DNA of 48,932 nt from Bdellovibrio sp. (GCA_016185105.1 JACPOE010000010.1:2370-51301), one strand, 5' to 3'. Numbered from the stretch's first letter, positions 8,907-20,533 are shown. The notes: a model not told the origin generated them from the sequence alone. Program-made: numbers and translations.

Positions 8907-10736
8907 ATGACTTCCAAAAAATCCGCAGTCCTAGTTTTTCTGCTTACCCTAGCGTTTCAGTCTCTAATTGGATTCGCCGGAATCCCAAAACCAGAGACTT
9001 TTACTCCTAAGGGGCTTGATTTACTTCAAGAGGAACTTAAGGCACTCAAGACCCCAAAGAACTTTAAAACGATCAAACGAGCCTATGATCTGTTGAAACA
9101 GGAAAAATATGGCTCTGCCCATAAAGAACTCGGACCCCTGAAGAAAGATCGGGCCTTAGGCGATTACGCCCTTTGGATTTCGTCCTCTGCCCATTTGGGG
9201 TTGGCTCGAAGTGCCGTGGTCAAACGCCAGTTCAGTCAGGGAATTCAAAGTGCTAAAGCTGCGATTCACGACACCCTTCAGATCGAGGCCGAATTTCCTT
9301 ATTCTCCTTTTATTAAAGGAATTTCAAAAGATCTGGCGAAAGCTGAGGTCTTAATAGGAGACGCCTACATAGGTCAAAAAAAATGGACCCTCTCGCAGGA
9401 GTATTTTGAAAGGGCATTTCACAGATTGACGCTTCAAAATTCTTTGATCCATCTCCAAATCGGTAGCCTCTCCAAGTATGCCGAGGCTTGTAGAAAAAAA
9501 GAGTCTGATTCCTGCATCCAGTGGTTACAGAAATTCTCAGCAACGCTTCCAAAAAAATCTATGGAGATGCGTGCTATTCTGACTCAGTTTCCAAATATCC
9601 CGGAGAAGTTACGTGTTTCTAGAAATGCTCCCAGAGCCACGATCAGCTACAAATCCCCCGATCTTGATCAGGTTGCCTATGACAATGCCTTTAAGGCTTT
9701 TTCCTCTGAAAAATACGGTGACTCCATCAAAGCCTTTGAACAGTTTCTGGATGAATTCCCTAGATCGGGCCTCCGCTTTCGAGCTCGTTATTGGCTAGGC
9801 CAAGCCTTCATCAGGAAAAAAGATCCTGAGAAGGGGATTAAAATTTATGATTCTTTATTAAACGAATCTCCTCTTACTTATTATGGACTCTTGGCCAGCA
9901 TCGAGTCTCAGCGTTCGGTTGAGACTCAAATTCAAGCAAGTGCTCCCTTGGCCGCTGAAAGCGACCCAAGCCTCAACACCCAAGATCAAGGCAGGCTGAA
10001 ACGTGCCAGGCACTTCTTAAGCGAACGGGCCTACGCACTAGCCGCAATTGAACTTCGAGAAATCAAAGTTCAAGATAGCCTTTCAAACCCGTTCTTGCTG
10101 TACCTGGCTATGCTTAATTATCAGGCAAAAAACTTTAGAAATAGCTTTTCTATTCTCGGAGAGTTGATTCAGAGAGGCTATGAAGGCGTGTTGACTTCTT
10201 ACGGATTGCAGATGATTTTTCCTGAGCAAAATTTTCAGACCATTCAAGACTATGCGAAAAAAACAGGCTTGGATCCAATTCTGGTTCTAAGTCTGATTAA
10301 ACAAGAGTCTGCTTTTGAAGAAGAGGTCTTATCTTCAGCCGGTGCGACAGGACTGATGCAACTCATGCCAGCAACAGCTGCTGATGTAGATTCCGAGGTT
10401 AGTCTGACCGACTTGAGGCAGCCTGAAAATAATGGGTATAACGCAGGCCCGAATGCTGTTGATCGATGGCTAAAAGACTTTCCTGCTGAAAAAAGTATGT
10501 ACGATTTCATAGAATCGATTCCCTACAAAGAAACTCGTGAATACGTCGCAGCCATCATTCGAAACTACTACTGGTACTCAAAAAAGCTGAATAGTGCTAA
10601 TCGAGATGTAAAAATAGATATTTTCTGGAAGCCGTTTCCCAACGAGAAGCGAAGGACTCCAGCTACGGCTGACAACGGACCCTTTAAAACAGAACAAACA
10701 GAGACTAAGTTTAGCCCCGAGGATTCGCAGCCTTAG
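8907..10736 (+). CDS. Soluble lytic transglycosylase (Slt) with TPR repeats; short internal deletion in the catalytic domain
   Basis: Signal peptide, TPR-like repeats, IKQESAF (catalytic Glu), GATGLMQLMP, YNAGP and IPYKETREYV. PENN runs straight into GYNAG, so the usual intervening helices are missing. Confidence 0.88.
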   Translation: MTSKKSAVLVFLLTLAFQSLIGFAGIPKPETFTPKGLDLLQEELKALKTPKNFKTIKRAYDLLKQEKYGSAHKELGPLKKDRALGDYALWISSSAHLGLARSAVVKRQFSQGIQSAKAAIHDTLQIEAEFPYSPFIKGISKDLAKAEVLIGDAYIGQKKWTLSQEYFERAFHRLTLQNSLIHLQIGSLSKYAEACRKKESDSCIQWLQKFSATLPKKSMEMRAILTQFPNIPEKLRVSRNAPRATISYKSPDLDQVAYDNAFKAFSSEKYGDSIKAFEQFLDEFPRSGLRFRARYWLGQAFIRKKDPEKGIKIYDSLLNESPLTYYGLLASIESQRSVETQIQASAPLAAESDPSLNTQDQGRLKRARHFLSERAYALAAIELREIKVQDSLSNPFLLYLAMLNYQAKNFRNSFSILGELIQRGYEGVLTSYGLQMIFPEQNFQTIQDYAKKTGLDPILVLSLIKQESAFEEEVLSSAGATGLMQLMPATAADVDSEVSLTDLRQPENNGYNAGPNAVDRWLKDFPAEKSMYDFIESIPYKETREYVAAIIRNYYWYSKKLNSANRDVKIDIFWKPFPNEKRRTPATADNGPFKTEQTETKFSPEDSQP

Positions 10737-11836
10737 ACATTAAATCTAAAGTGCATAATATCGCCATCCTTGACAATATAATCCTTACCTTCGAGTCGGA
10801 GTGCGCCCGCATCCTTAATCGCTTGCTCGCTCTTATGCTTCATAAGATCCTCAAAATGATAAACTTCCGCTTTAATGAATCCTTTTTCAAAGTCTGTGTG
10901 AATCACTCCCGCAGCCTGAGGTGCCTTCCACCCCTTGTGAAAGGTCCAGGCTCGAACTTCGATCTGTCCGGCAGTGAAATAGGTCTGAAGACCTAGCAGT
11001 TCGTAGCCCGCCCGAATCACTCGATTTAGTCCAGGCTCCGACATTCCCATGTCTTTTAGAAAAGCTTCTTTTTCTTCTTCTGGAAGTTCGGCTATTTCAG
11101 ATTCAATCTTTCCGCAAATCTGAACCACTGGACTGCCTTCCACTTTGGCATGATCCATGAGCTTTTTGACATAGAGGTTTGGCTCTGACTTCCCAATGTC
11201 TGTGTCATCCACGTTAGCTACGTACATGACCTTCTTTTCAGTAATCAGATGAAAATCATGAATTAGGGCAAGATCATCCTCTGGAAGGTTCAGTGAACGA
11301 ACAGGTTTACCCGCTTCCAGGGCAGCCTTCACTGGCTCCAGGACCGCCATTACTGCAGCGGCTTTTTTGTCCGTCCCGGTCTTGGCTGCACGAGCCATGG
11401 TAGAATACCTTTTGCTAACTGTATCCAAATCCGCAAGAATGAGTTCAGTATCAATGACCGAAACATCTCTGAGAGGGTCGACTGAACCATCGACGTGGAT
11501 CACATTCGGATCTGAAAAACAGCGAACTACATGGGCTATCGCCTGAGTTTCCCTAATGTGCCCCAGAAACTGATTTCCAAGTCCTTCACCTTTTGAAGCA
11601 CCTTTGACCAGACCTGCGATATCTACAAAAACCATACTTGCAGGGACTAACTTGTCAGGTGGAATATACTGAGCAATCTTAGCCAATCGGGGATCAGGCA
11701 CTTTCACGATCCCAGTGTTGGGATCAATCGTACAAAAAGGATAGTTAGCGGCCTCAGCCTTAGCCGAGGTCAGCGCATTAAAAATGGTAGACTTGCCCAC
11801 GTTGGGTAAACCAACAATCCCGCATTGAAAGCCCAT
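10733..11836 (-). CDS. ychF: Redox-regulated ATPase YchF (Obg family)
   Basis: [33 protein letters not shown] and C-terminal HFRFNV. Confidence 0.97.
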   Translation of the reverse strand: MGFQCGIVGLPNVGKSTIFNALTSAKAEAANYPFCTIDPNTGIVKVPDPRLAKIAQYIPPDKLVPASMVFVDIAGLVKGASKGEGLGNQFLGHIRETQAIAHVVRCFSDPNVIHVDGSVDPLRDVSVIDTELILADLDTVSKRYSTMARAAKTGTDKKAAAVMAVLEPVKAALEAGKPVRSLNLPEDDLALIHDFHLITEKKVMYVANVDDTDIGKSEPNLYVKKLMDHAKVEGSPVVQICGKIESEIAELPEEEKEAFLKDMGMSEPGLNRVIRAGYELLGLQTYFTAGQIEVRAWTFHKGWKAPQAAGVIHTDFEKGFIKAEVYHFEDLMKHKSEQAIKDAGALRLEGKDYIVKDGDIMHFRFNV

Positions 11837-11839
11837 GAA

Positions 11840-12445
11840 CTACTCCTGTTTCTTTCGGTGCAATTTATTCATCGCACTCTTAATCTGACCCTTAACTATT
11901 TCTTCCGTTGCGTAGACGACTTCATCCAAAACTGAATCCAACTCCTTCAGCTCGAGGTCATCAAAAAGACCTAGAACATGATCGGAGGGAGAATGAGTAC
12001 GCCTGCGTGTTTCATTTTCAGATAATCTGGCTGGGTGACCAATTCCTATACGAATCCTATGATAATCTATATTTTCCTTACCTATGGATGCATCGATAGA
12101 CTTTAGACCATTGTGTCCACCGGTACCACCGCCTGTTTTCAGGCGCAAAACAAAAGGATCAAGATCTAAATCATCATGAATCACGACAAGATCTTCTGCT
12201 TTACATTGGTAAAATTGAAAAAGAGCTCCGACACATTTGCCGGAAAGATTCATAAAAGTCTGGGGCTTCACTAGTAGAACTTTTTCTAGCTGGTGTTCGG
12301 CTTGGTAGACTAACCCATGAGCTTTATTTATTGGCCCGGAGGCATGCCATGCATCAATCAGCCGATCAATGGCCAAGAAACCCACATTATGACGGGAGGT
12401 TTCGTACTGCGGACCTGGATTTCCTAATCCAACTATCAGTTTCAT
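11840..12445 (-). CDS. pth: Peptidyl-tRNA hydrolase
   Basis: MKLIVGLGNPG, RHNVGF, KPQTFMNLSG, HDDLD and GGHNGLKSI. Confidence 0.97.
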   Translation of the reverse strand: MKLIVGLGNPGPQYETSRHNVGFLAIDRLIDAWHASGPINKAHGLVYQAEHQLEKVLLVKPQTFMNLSGKCVGALFQFYQCKAEDLVVIHDDLDLDPFVLRLKTGGGTGGHNGLKSIDASIGKENIDYHRIRIGIGHPARLSENETRRRTHSPSDHVLGLFDDLELKELDSVLDEVVYATEEIVKGQIKSAMNKLHRKKQE

Positions 12446-12446
12446 T

Positions 12447-13397
12447 TTAAATAAAGAGGCTGCTTACGCTATCGTAGTTATGAATTCGGTAAATCGCCTC
12501 AGCCAACAAATCAGCCACCGACAATTGGACCAATTTAGGACAGGCTGATGCTTCGGGTGAAAGAAGGATCGTGTCAGTCACAATCACTTTTTCAATTCTT
12601 GAATTTCGAATTCTTTCAACCGCTGGCCCCGAAAGCACACCGTGGGTCGCAGCCGCATAAACCTGTTTGGCCCCATTTCGCAATACCGCTTCGGAGGCTT
12701 CAGTAAGTGTCCCTGCGGTATCAATCATATCATCTAGAATAATGGCCACTTTACCAGCGACATCCCCAACCACATTCATGGCCTTGGCAACATTGGGTGC
12801 CGTTCTTCTTTTATCGATCATTGCCACAGTCGCGTCTAAGCGTTTCGCGAAGGCACGGGCACGTTCAACACCACCTGCATCTGGACTGACGACCACTAAC
12901 TCAGTCTTGGGGGGCATTTCCCTTTTGAAATAATCCAGAATAACGGGTGAAGCAAAAAGGTTATCAAACGGAATATTGAAAAATCCCTGAATCTGGCCCG
13001 CATGCAGGTCCATTGCGACCACACGCGTCGCCCCAGCCGCTACAAAAAGGTCTGCGACCAACTTCGCGCTAATTGGCGTTCGGGGTGCAATCTTTCGATC
13101 CTGACGGGCATACCCGTAATAGGGAACCAAAGCTGTAATTTCTTTAGCACTCGCCCGCTTCAATGCATCGATGATCACAAGAAGTTCCATCAAGGTGTCA
13201 TTTACTGGGCGGCAGGTACTTTGAATGACGTAGACATCCCGGCCTCGAACGTTCTCGCCTATTTCTACAAAGATTTCCCCATCACTGAAACGGCGAACAT
13301 CCGCTCGTCCTAGAGGTTTACCCAGCTTCTCACAGATTCGCTCGGCAAGTGGGCGGTTGGCATTTCCCGACAGGATAACCCATTCTCTCATTCGCAT
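12447..13397 (-). CDS. prs: Ribose-phosphate pyrophosphokinase
   Basis: [39 protein letters not shown] and DDMIDTAGT. Confidence 0.97.
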   Translation of the reverse strand: MRMREWVILSGNANRPLAERICEKLGKPLGRADVRRFSDGEIFVEIGENVRGRDVYVIQSTCRPVNDTLMELLVIIDALKRASAKEITALVPYYGYARQDRKIAPRTPISAKLVADLFVAAGATRVVAMDLHAGQIQGFFNIPFDNLFASPVILDYFKREMPPKTELVVVSPDAGGVERARAFAKRLDATVAMIDKRRTAPNVAKAMNVVGDVAGKVAIILDDMIDTAGTLTEASEAVLRNGAKQVYAAATHGVLSGPAVERIRNSRIEKVIVTDTILLSPEASACPKLVQLSVADLLAEAIYRIHNYDSVSSLFI

Positions 13398-13527
13398 GAC
13401 CTTGATCTACCCTAAAGGGGTTGAATTCTCAATCCTGATCCGGAGCAACATGCTGGCCAGAACCTCAAGGCTATGGGAAAATGAGGCGAATGGGGAGTCC
13501 TAAACCCAGCGTAGGGGAAAAAACTAG

Positions 13528-14688
13528 ATGAATTCCACCCAAACTCTTAAAAGACAGGTGGGGCTACGAACAGTAGTCTCAACAGGGGCAGGTCTTGCCC
13601 TCGCTTCCATTTCCTATGTCTCGCTCATAGAGATGTCAGATCACGTCTCAGGCAATGCAGGGTGGACGGCTTTGGCCGTTGCAGGTTTCATCTGTTACCT
13701 GTCCTCTCTTTGTTTCGCTGAGCTGGGAGGGATGTTTCCATCGGCAGCGGGAATCAAACTGTACATTGAGAAGGCATTTGGCGAGTCAGCGGCCTTGGTT
13801 TTGGCCAGTCTCTATATCGTCACAACTCTTTCTATAGTTGGCGCGGAAACCTATATCCTTGGAAATGTCCTTTCGTTTGGTTTTCAAGGGGTTCCGGTCC
13901 TTTTTTGGGTAATATTGTTTTTATTTTCAGTCTGTTTAATCAACGTAAGAGGGGTCAAACTTACAGGGCTTTTTCAAGACTTCGTCGCATATTTTAAATT
14001 TTTTGCATTGATTGCAGTATCTTGGATTTCACTTACAAAGTTTAATTTTCCCTGGTCGGCTCCCTTTCAGCCCATGCTTGATAAAACACCTTTGGATTTC
14101 TTTCAGGCAGTCGGCGTGGGTGTTTTTCTTTTTTTAGGTTTTGAGTGGGTTACCCCGCTTGCTGAGGAGGTAGAACACCCTAAGTTCCTATCAAGGATTC
14201 ATGAAAGGTACTTCACGCCCCACTGGGCCATTTGGAGTCTGTTTGTTCTTTGTGCTCTTTTATCGCTTTTCGTGGCCTACACACACATCGTAAAACCGTT
14301 TATCTATATGGGAGCCTTTGCCGAATGTCTGATTTATGTGGCGATGGCTGCTTCTTTGATCAAGCTGCGCAAAACTCATCCCGAACTACAGCGCCCCTTT
14401 AAAGTGCGGTTTTTGGCTATTCCGATTTTTGTAGCGGTCTTCTTTACAGTGTTGGGTTTCGGTCTATTAGCTGAAAATCATGGCGCAGCAATTGCCATGG
14501 GAGGCCTAGCCCTAATCGTCCTTTTTTATGTAAAAGGCGTAATCCCACGAATGCGAAGTCTGGCCAGCTCTGATCCGTCAAAACCTCAGGTGAAAAGACG
14601 AAGGCCAGTCGCGCTATCAGAAAATGCGGCTTCTTCCGATAAGTCTACTGAAGGCCAAAACCCAGATGACCCAAACAAAACCCCTTAA
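13528..14688 (+). CDS. APC-family amino acid permease with an apparent in-frame internal deletion
   Basis: FAELGGMFPSAAG and FLGFEWVTPLAEEV; the segment normally between EEVxxP and PKFLSRIH is absent. Confidence 0.8.
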   Translation: MNSTQTLKRQVGLRTVVSTGAGLALASISYVSLIEMSDHVSGNAGWTALAVAGFICYLSSLCFAELGGMFPSAAGIKLYIEKAFGESAALVLASLYIVTTLSIVGAETYILGNVLSFGFQGVPVLFWVILFLFSVCLINVRGVKLTGLFQDFVAYFKFFALIAVSWISLTKFNFPWSAPFQPMLDKTPLDFFQAVGVGVFLFLGFEWVTPLAEEVEHPKFLSRIHERYFTPHWAIWSLFVLCALLSLFVAYTHIVKPFIYMGAFAECLIYVAMAASLIKLRKTHPELQRPFKVRFLAIPIFVAVFFTVLGFGLLAENHGAAIAMGGLALIVLFYVKGVIPRMRSLASSDPSKPQVKRRRPVALSENAASSDKSTEGQNPDDPNKTP

Positions 14689-15091
14689 ATACCGAGACAT
14701 TGTCACCTCGTACTTGCGAGAGGATACCCGGATCCATGCTTCAGTTTTGGCGCAGAGAAGAGTGTTTAAGAATGAACTGTACGAGGTTTTTCTCTGTATT
14801 TACTCGGGTCTAATGGAAAATCCACGCCTTCATTCGGATTTAGTAACCGCGCTCATTGTTTACCATGCCGAGGCACTCAGGGTCATGGTCAAGCTTTGGA
14901 ACGATGAAATTGGAGGGGACCGCGAAGCCTACATTCACGACGCAGTATCCCGCCTCGAAGCAGATGGAAAAACGCCTGCGCACCTCATCCACGATGCGAA
15001 GGTTTGGTGCCATCTCCCGTTTTCAGAAAAAGACCGCCAATTTCTTGGCGCTAACGGAATAGTTCCTCCCAAAGACTCAAGCCCGAGCTAG
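14666..15091 (+). CDS. Hypothetical helical protein overlapping the permease stop
   Basis: ORF with normal composition; likely start MTQTK at 14666; no motif recognised. Confidence 0.6.
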   Translation: MTQTKPLKYRDIVTSYLREDTRIHASVLAQRRVFKNELYEVFLCIYSGLMENPRLHSDLVTALIVYHAEALRVMVKLWNDEIGGDREAYIHDAVSRLEADGKTPAHLIHDAKVWCHLPFSEKDRQFLGANGIVPPKDSSPS

Positions 15092-15127
15092 ACCTCACCG
15101 ATCCAGGAGAAGAGAGGGTGAATCACT

Positions 15128-15553
15128 ATGGTATGGGATCGTACTCGCGCGGCGCGCAAAAGGTCGAAGTCTCCGTCAGTTTCAGGACGAACAAACTACC
15201 ACTTCAAGAGAACCCAAGCTGTAGTTACAATCAGGAACCCGGACAACACTCAAACAGTGGTCTCGTCTCGGTTGGTTCTAAATGACATTCATAGCAAAGG
15301 GCTTTTCATCTTTTCGCCCGTCCCAATTCCGATAGAGCAAAGGGTAGAAATCTCAATCCGAGACCCACACCCCTTCCACCAAAACGCAATCGTTCGATCA
15401 TGCCAACAGATTAGTTATGACCAAAAAATCTTATCTAATCAGCAGTTCCAATATCGAATCGCTATTGAGTTTGAAGTTGCTACCGGGCAAGACCGCGAAC
15501 GCATCGATGCCTACTGCAATGTAGTGCAGGAGACTTGTCTGCGCAGCTTTTAG
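15128..15553 (+). CDS. PilZ-like domain protein
   Basis: Arg-rich N-terminus, LNDIHSKGLFI (degenerate DxSxxG) and AIVR..YRIAIEF beta pattern. Confidence 0.6.
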   Translation: MVWDRTRAARKRSKSPSVSGRTNYHFKRTQAVVTIRNPDNTQTVVSSRLVLNDIHSKGLFIFSPVPIPIEQRVEISIRDPHPFHQNAIVRSCQQISYDQKILSNQQFQYRIAIEFEVATGQDRERIDAYCNVVQETCLRSF

Positions 15554-15577
15554 CGGTCAGGCTAAACCTTTCCCCGC

Positions 15578-17852
15578 CTAAACCACCAAATTCAAAATCT
15601 TGTCCTTCACAAAAATTACCTTACGAATGGGCTTGTCCAAAATCTGGTTTTTTACCGAAGGAATTTCTTTGGCAAGCTTTTCAACTTTACTTTGTTCAGT
15701 GCCGGGTTCTACTTCCACGGTACCTCGGGTCTTCCCCATCACCTGAACAGCAATTGTAATTAAGTCGTCTTTCGCTAAGGCTGGATCAAACTCCGGCCAA
15801 GGCGCAAATGTAAGAAATTCTTTCTCACCAGAACGCTCCCAAAGTTCCTCTGCTAGGTGCGGTGCAAACGGATGCAAAAGCTGAATGAAGGGTTTCAAAC
15901 AGGCTCTAGGTTGAGTCTGATTTTTGGTAAAATGATTCACAAAAATCATTAACTGACTGATTGCGGTGTTGAGCCTTAAGTTCTCAATATCCTCAGTCAC
16001 CTTTTTGATCGTTTTATGGGTGATCTTCAAATCTTCCAAGGTAGGCTGGGAATCCGAAATCACACACTTTTCTTCATCCATCACCAATCTCCAGCTTCGC
16101 TGTAGGAAACGGTGTACGCCTTCGATAGCCGTGGTTGACCAGGGCTTGTCCCTTTCAAGCGGTCCCATGAACATCTCATAGGTTCGCAATGCATCTGCCC
16201 CGTAATCTTTCACTACATCGTCAGGGTTGATTACATTGCCGCGCGACTTTGACATTTTTTCGCCGTCTTCGCCTTGAATCATCCCTTGATGAACTAATTT
16301 CTTAAAGGGCTCATCAAAAGAGATCATGCCCGCATCATGCAAGACCTTTGTCCAGAACCGCGCGTAAAGCAAATGCCCAACGGCATGCTCAGGCCCGCCA
16401 ATGTAAAGATCCACTGGAAGCCAATATTTCTCAGCGTCTTTACTGAAGGGTTCTTTCTCATTATGAGGATCACTGAAGCGTAGAAAATACCAGGATGAGC
16501 CGGCACTTCCCGGCATCGTGTCCGTTTCACGGCGAGCGGGCTTTCCTGTTACTGGATCCTTCGTGTTGAGCCAGGTTAATATCGCTGCGAGAGGACTCTC
16601 GCCAGTGCCGGTGGGCTCATAGCTCTTTACGTCTGGCAAAACAACAGGAAGCTCGGACAGGGGTAATCCTTTTTTATCGCCATCCAGATGAATGATTGGA
16701 AAGGGCTCGCCCCAATAACGCTGCCGTGAAAAGAGCCAATCTCTCAGCTTGTAGTGGACAGTCCTTTCCCCCAGTTTATTTTTTTCAGCCCACTCGATCA
16801 CCGCTTCTTTTGCATTTGGGGTGGATAGTCCGTTAATAAATCCGGAATTGACCGCAATTCCAACACCATCAAAAGAGGCTTCAGACCCTTTTCCGTCATC
16901 AATCACTTGGCGAATCGGGAGCTCAAACTTCTGAGCAAACTCATAGTCTCTTCGATCATGAGCTGGAACTGCCATAATTGCGCCTGTTCTTTTTACCCGC
17001 CGCCACAATATAGGCGTCGACCTTCTCTTTTTGCTCGGGGGTGGTTACTTTCAAAACCAGAGGATGCTCTGGGGCCAAAACCATGTAGGTCACCCCAAAA
17101 AGAGTGTCCGGACATGTCGTGAAAATTTCAATCGTCTCTGCAAGGCCATCCACCTTGAAATGAAGCTGCAGCCCCTCACTTCTACCGATCCAGTTGCGTT
17201 GCAATTCTTTGGTACTTTCGGGCCAATCTACCCGATTCAATCCTTCTAAGAGTTTCTCGGCGTAGGATGTAATCTTTAACATCCACTGTTTCATCGGAAC
17301 ACGAAACACAGGATGTCCCCCGCGTTCGGAAACACCATCAACCACTTCCTCATTAGCTAGGACTGTTTTCAAGGCAGGGCACCAGTTGACTGGAACTTCT
17401 TTCTGGTAGGCCAAACCCCTTTCGTAAAGCTTTAAAAACAGGAATTGAGTCCACTTGTAAAATCCGGGATCGCAAGTCGATACCTCGCGACTCCAGTCAT
17501 AGCTGAAACCAAGCGTTTTTAACTGCCTTCGGTAGGTTTCAATAGCTTTTTGAGTCGTTACAGCGGGGTGCACACCCGTTTGGAGGGCATATTGTTCCGC
17601 AGGTAAACCAAAGGCGTCCCAACCCATGGGGTGAAGAACGTTGAACCCTCGGGCCCTCTTGTAGCGAGAGATAATGTCAGTCGCGGTATACCCTTCTGGG
17701 TGGCCCACATGAAGACCAGAGCTGCTCGGGTAGGGGAACATATCTAGCGCGTAATATTTAGGCTTTGAACTGCCAGTTTCTGCCTTATGAAGGCTCTGCT
17801 CTTCCCAGAATTTTTGCCACTTTGGTTCAATTATATTTGGTTGATAAGCCAT
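15578..17852 (-). CDS. leuS: Leucyl-tRNA synthetase, split into two frames by a deletion in the CP1 editing domain (near 16988)
   Basis: N part: [34 protein letters not shown] part: [28 protein letters not shown]. Confidence 0.93.
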
Positions 17853-17895
17853 CCGTTCTATATAGTAGATTCTCGATAAATGTGGAGTTAATTCG

Positions 17896-18605
17896 GTGAA
17901 ATTCCAAGTTCATACCTTTGAAAATGGCGAATCTTCGGTGGCCTGGATTTCAGATCAATCTGAACCCCTCGAGTCCATGCATTCTTCAATTGGCCCCTGG
18001 CTCGAAGCACATCTGATTCACTTGGACCAAGCCTCTTTTCGAGAAAGACTAAATCGGGAGGACACTTCCCCACTGGTGCTATTCGATATCGGATTTGGGA
18101 TTGGAACGAATTCCATCGCTGCTTTTGAGGCCTTTTTGCGGGGTACGGCGAGGGATCTACATATCACCAAACCGCAACCGGTAGGACTCTTCAGTGGACT
18201 TTGCTAGAAGGAGATTTCAGAGAAAAAATACTGGCTTGTCCAGCTCCTGAAGTTGTCTTTTTCGATCTCTTTTCACCAAAACACTGTCCTGACCTTTGGG
18301 GCTACGAAAGTTTCGTTTTGTTACGGGAATCCATGAAAGACTCTCCACCCTCTTCCGTAGTCACCACCTACAGTTCATCGACCGCAGTCAGAGCAGCGCT
18401 TCTTTATGCCGGCTTTGTGGTCGGATACGGCGTCTCCACTGACGCCAAACTGCAGACAACGGTCGCAAGCTTGAGCAAAGAAACCCTGAAAAAGCCGCTA
18501 GACGACGCTTGGTTCAAAAAACGGCTCCGATCCTCCAGGCCCAATCCCCATGACTTACCAACGCACTTAACTTTGACCGATTTGCGGGAGAACCAGTTAT
18601 GCTGA
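17896..18605 (+). CDS. MnmC/MnmD-type SAM-dependent methyltransferase, frameshifted near 18165
   Basis: [17 protein letters not shown] in the first frame; [31 protein letters not shown] in the second. Confidence 0.75.
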
Positions 18606-19420
18606 GCGTGATTATTTGTACCTATAATCGAAAAGAACTTCTAACTCGTGCGATTGAAAGCGCCTTGAAACAAGAAACCCAGGTTCCCTTCGAAGTTGTA
18701 GTTACGGATGACGGATCTACCGATGGCACAAGAGAACATTTACGGGCGCGTTTTCCCAAAGACCTTGAGGCAGGTCGTCTCAGGTATTTTGAATTCCCTC
18801 ATAGTGGTGATCCCGCAACTGGACGCAATCGGGGAGCGAAAGAGGCCAAGGGGAACTTCTACGCATTTTTGGACTCGGATGATCTTTGGCACGCTGGTCG
18901 GCTTGCATCAGTTCAGAGCTTCCTAGGAGAGAAAGATTTGATTTTAGAGACCCGAGGAATTCCCGGGCTCACAACCGGGGGTGCTGGCATTCCGAATGAA
19001 AATGAAAAATCCAGCGCGCCCCTATCGGACCCGCTTAGACTTTTTATCTGGCAAAACTACGGAACCCTGAGCAGTGCAGTTATTTCTCGAAAACTCTTTC
19101 TAGCGGTTGGCGGCTTTCCCGAGGGGTATTTTCCAGGACCTTCACAGAAGATCTTCTCCGGCTTTGAAGACTACGAACTTTGGCTAAAATGCCTAGTTTA
19201 TCTGAAAAAAAACCATGCATTTGACCGGGTCCTCTTATTGGAAAATCGATATGTGGCCTATGAACCGCAACCTGCTGGCTTAGGGGATGTGAGAGTTCGA
19301 AGACAGATGTACCAGGAAGCAATGACTCTTCTGCGGATTGCACCGGGGTCTCCCATTGAGTATTGGCCGTTGTTTCTGAGGCGGATCGCAGGTGCGACGA
19401 AAGCAATTTTAATTGGGTGA
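18599..19420 (+). CDS. Family 2 glycosyltransferase
   Basis: [27 protein letters not shown] and EDYELWL. Confidence 0.92.
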   Translation: MLSVIICTYNRKELLTRAIESALKQETQVPFEVVVTDDGSTDGTREHLRARFPKDLEAGRLRYFEFPHSGDPATGRNRGAKEAKGNFYAFLDSDDLWHAGRLASVQSFLGEKDLILETRGIPGLTTGGAGIPNENEKSSAPLSDPLRLFIWQNYGTLSSAVISRKLFLAVGGFPEGYFPGPSQKIFSGFEDYELWLKCLVYLKKNHAFDRVLLLENRYVAYEPQPAGLGDVRVRRQMYQEAMTLLRIAPGSPIEYWPLFLRRIAGATKAILIG

Positions 19421-19426
19421 TTCCTT

Positions 19427-20533
19427 ATGAAATTAACCAGAACAAATAGCTCTACACATCTCTTAAATCGAATTTTGGCAGAGCCGGATCTACCCCAGAG
19501 AATCCAGTCTCTGTCCTCACAAGGTTTGTTTCAATTGGTCAGGGAAGTTGGTCTTGAAGACTGTGGAGAAATCCTTGCCTTAGCTACAACTGAGCAAATT
19601 GAAAAAGTATTTGATGAAGACCTCTGGCACGCTTCAAAGCCTGGATCAGACGAAGCGTTTGATTCCGAACGCTTTGGCGTATGGTTGGATGTTCTTCTGG
19701 AAATTGGCGCGAAAAATGGAGCTGAGAAGCTTCTAGAGATGGACGCTGACTTTCTAACAATGGCTGTGTCGGATTTGGTCTGGGTAATCGAGTTCCATTC
19801 TCTAGAAAAGGAAGTGTCCTCCGAGAGTCGGCTTGAAAAAATCATGGACTCTACAAATTATTTTGAACTCGAAGACTTCTTAATTTTTTCAAAGACTGCT
19901 CGTTTCTGGGATAGCCTTACCACTTTGCTTGCTGAGCTAGACCAAAATCACCACTCCTTTCTCCGGAGCCTTTTAGAGCGATGTGCTCACTTGACTCAGG
20001 AACAAATTCACGAAGAGGGAGATTTCTTTACAGTCCTCACATCCGAAGAAAAACTTCGCCAAGACGTGGCCTATGAGAGAGAAAAGCGGCGACAGGCTCA
20101 AGGTTATGTTGCCCCTGCTGATGCTCGAGCATTTCTTAAGCTGGCATCGGGGCCCCTTGAGGCGGAAGATCACGTATCCCCCAAAAAATTCCATCTGTCC
20201 CCGGTGGAGCGCCTCAAAAATCACCCTGCATTACCAGAACCTTCAAAGTCGGGCGCAATGGAAAACGCAAGAACCTCTTTGGTTGCATCTCAAGGGTCGA
20301 AATATAAGAAAGTGGAAGCCTTCTTTTCACTTAACCCCAAGGAACACCAGATCCAAACCGAGGAGCTCACCTACCTGGCCAATGTCCTTGTCGCAGGATT
20401 AGAAGCTAAAGAACGCCCCCCTCGTCCTGGCGAGGCCTTGGTAATGGTTTTGGAGACTTGTGAAAAAGGATTGGGCCTAAAAACAGATTGCCAGTCCTTT
20501 ATCGAGGCCTTTCGTGCTGGCTGGCGGAAGTAG
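19427..20533 (+). CDS. DUF6178-like acidic helical protein
   Basis: VGLEDCGEILALATTEQ..FDEDLW and REKRRQAQGYV recalled as DUF6178-type motifs. Confidence 0.65.
   Translation: MKLTRTNSSTHLLNRILAEPDLPQRIQSLSSQGLFQLVREVGLEDCGEILALATTEQIEKVFDEDLWHASKPGSDEAFDSERFGVWLDVLLEIGAKNGAEKLLEMDADFLTMAVSDLVWVIEFHSLEKEVSSESRLEKIMDSTNYFELEDFLIFSKTARFWDSLTTLLAELDQNHHSFLRSLLERCAHLTQEQIHEEGDFFTVLTSEEKLRQDVAYEREKRRQAQGYVAPADARAFLKLASGPLEAEDHVSPKKFHLSPVERLKNHPALPEPSKSGAMENARTSLVASQGSKYKKVEAFFSLNPKEHQIQTEELTYLANVLVAGLEAKERPPRPGEALVMVLETCEKGLGLKTDCQSFIEAFRAGWRK

Noticed and set aside
15578-17852. Programmed frameshift or natural two-subunit LeuRS
   Set aside because: Conserved sequence is missing at the junction, which a frameshift cannot restore, and similar breaks occur in six unrelated genes.
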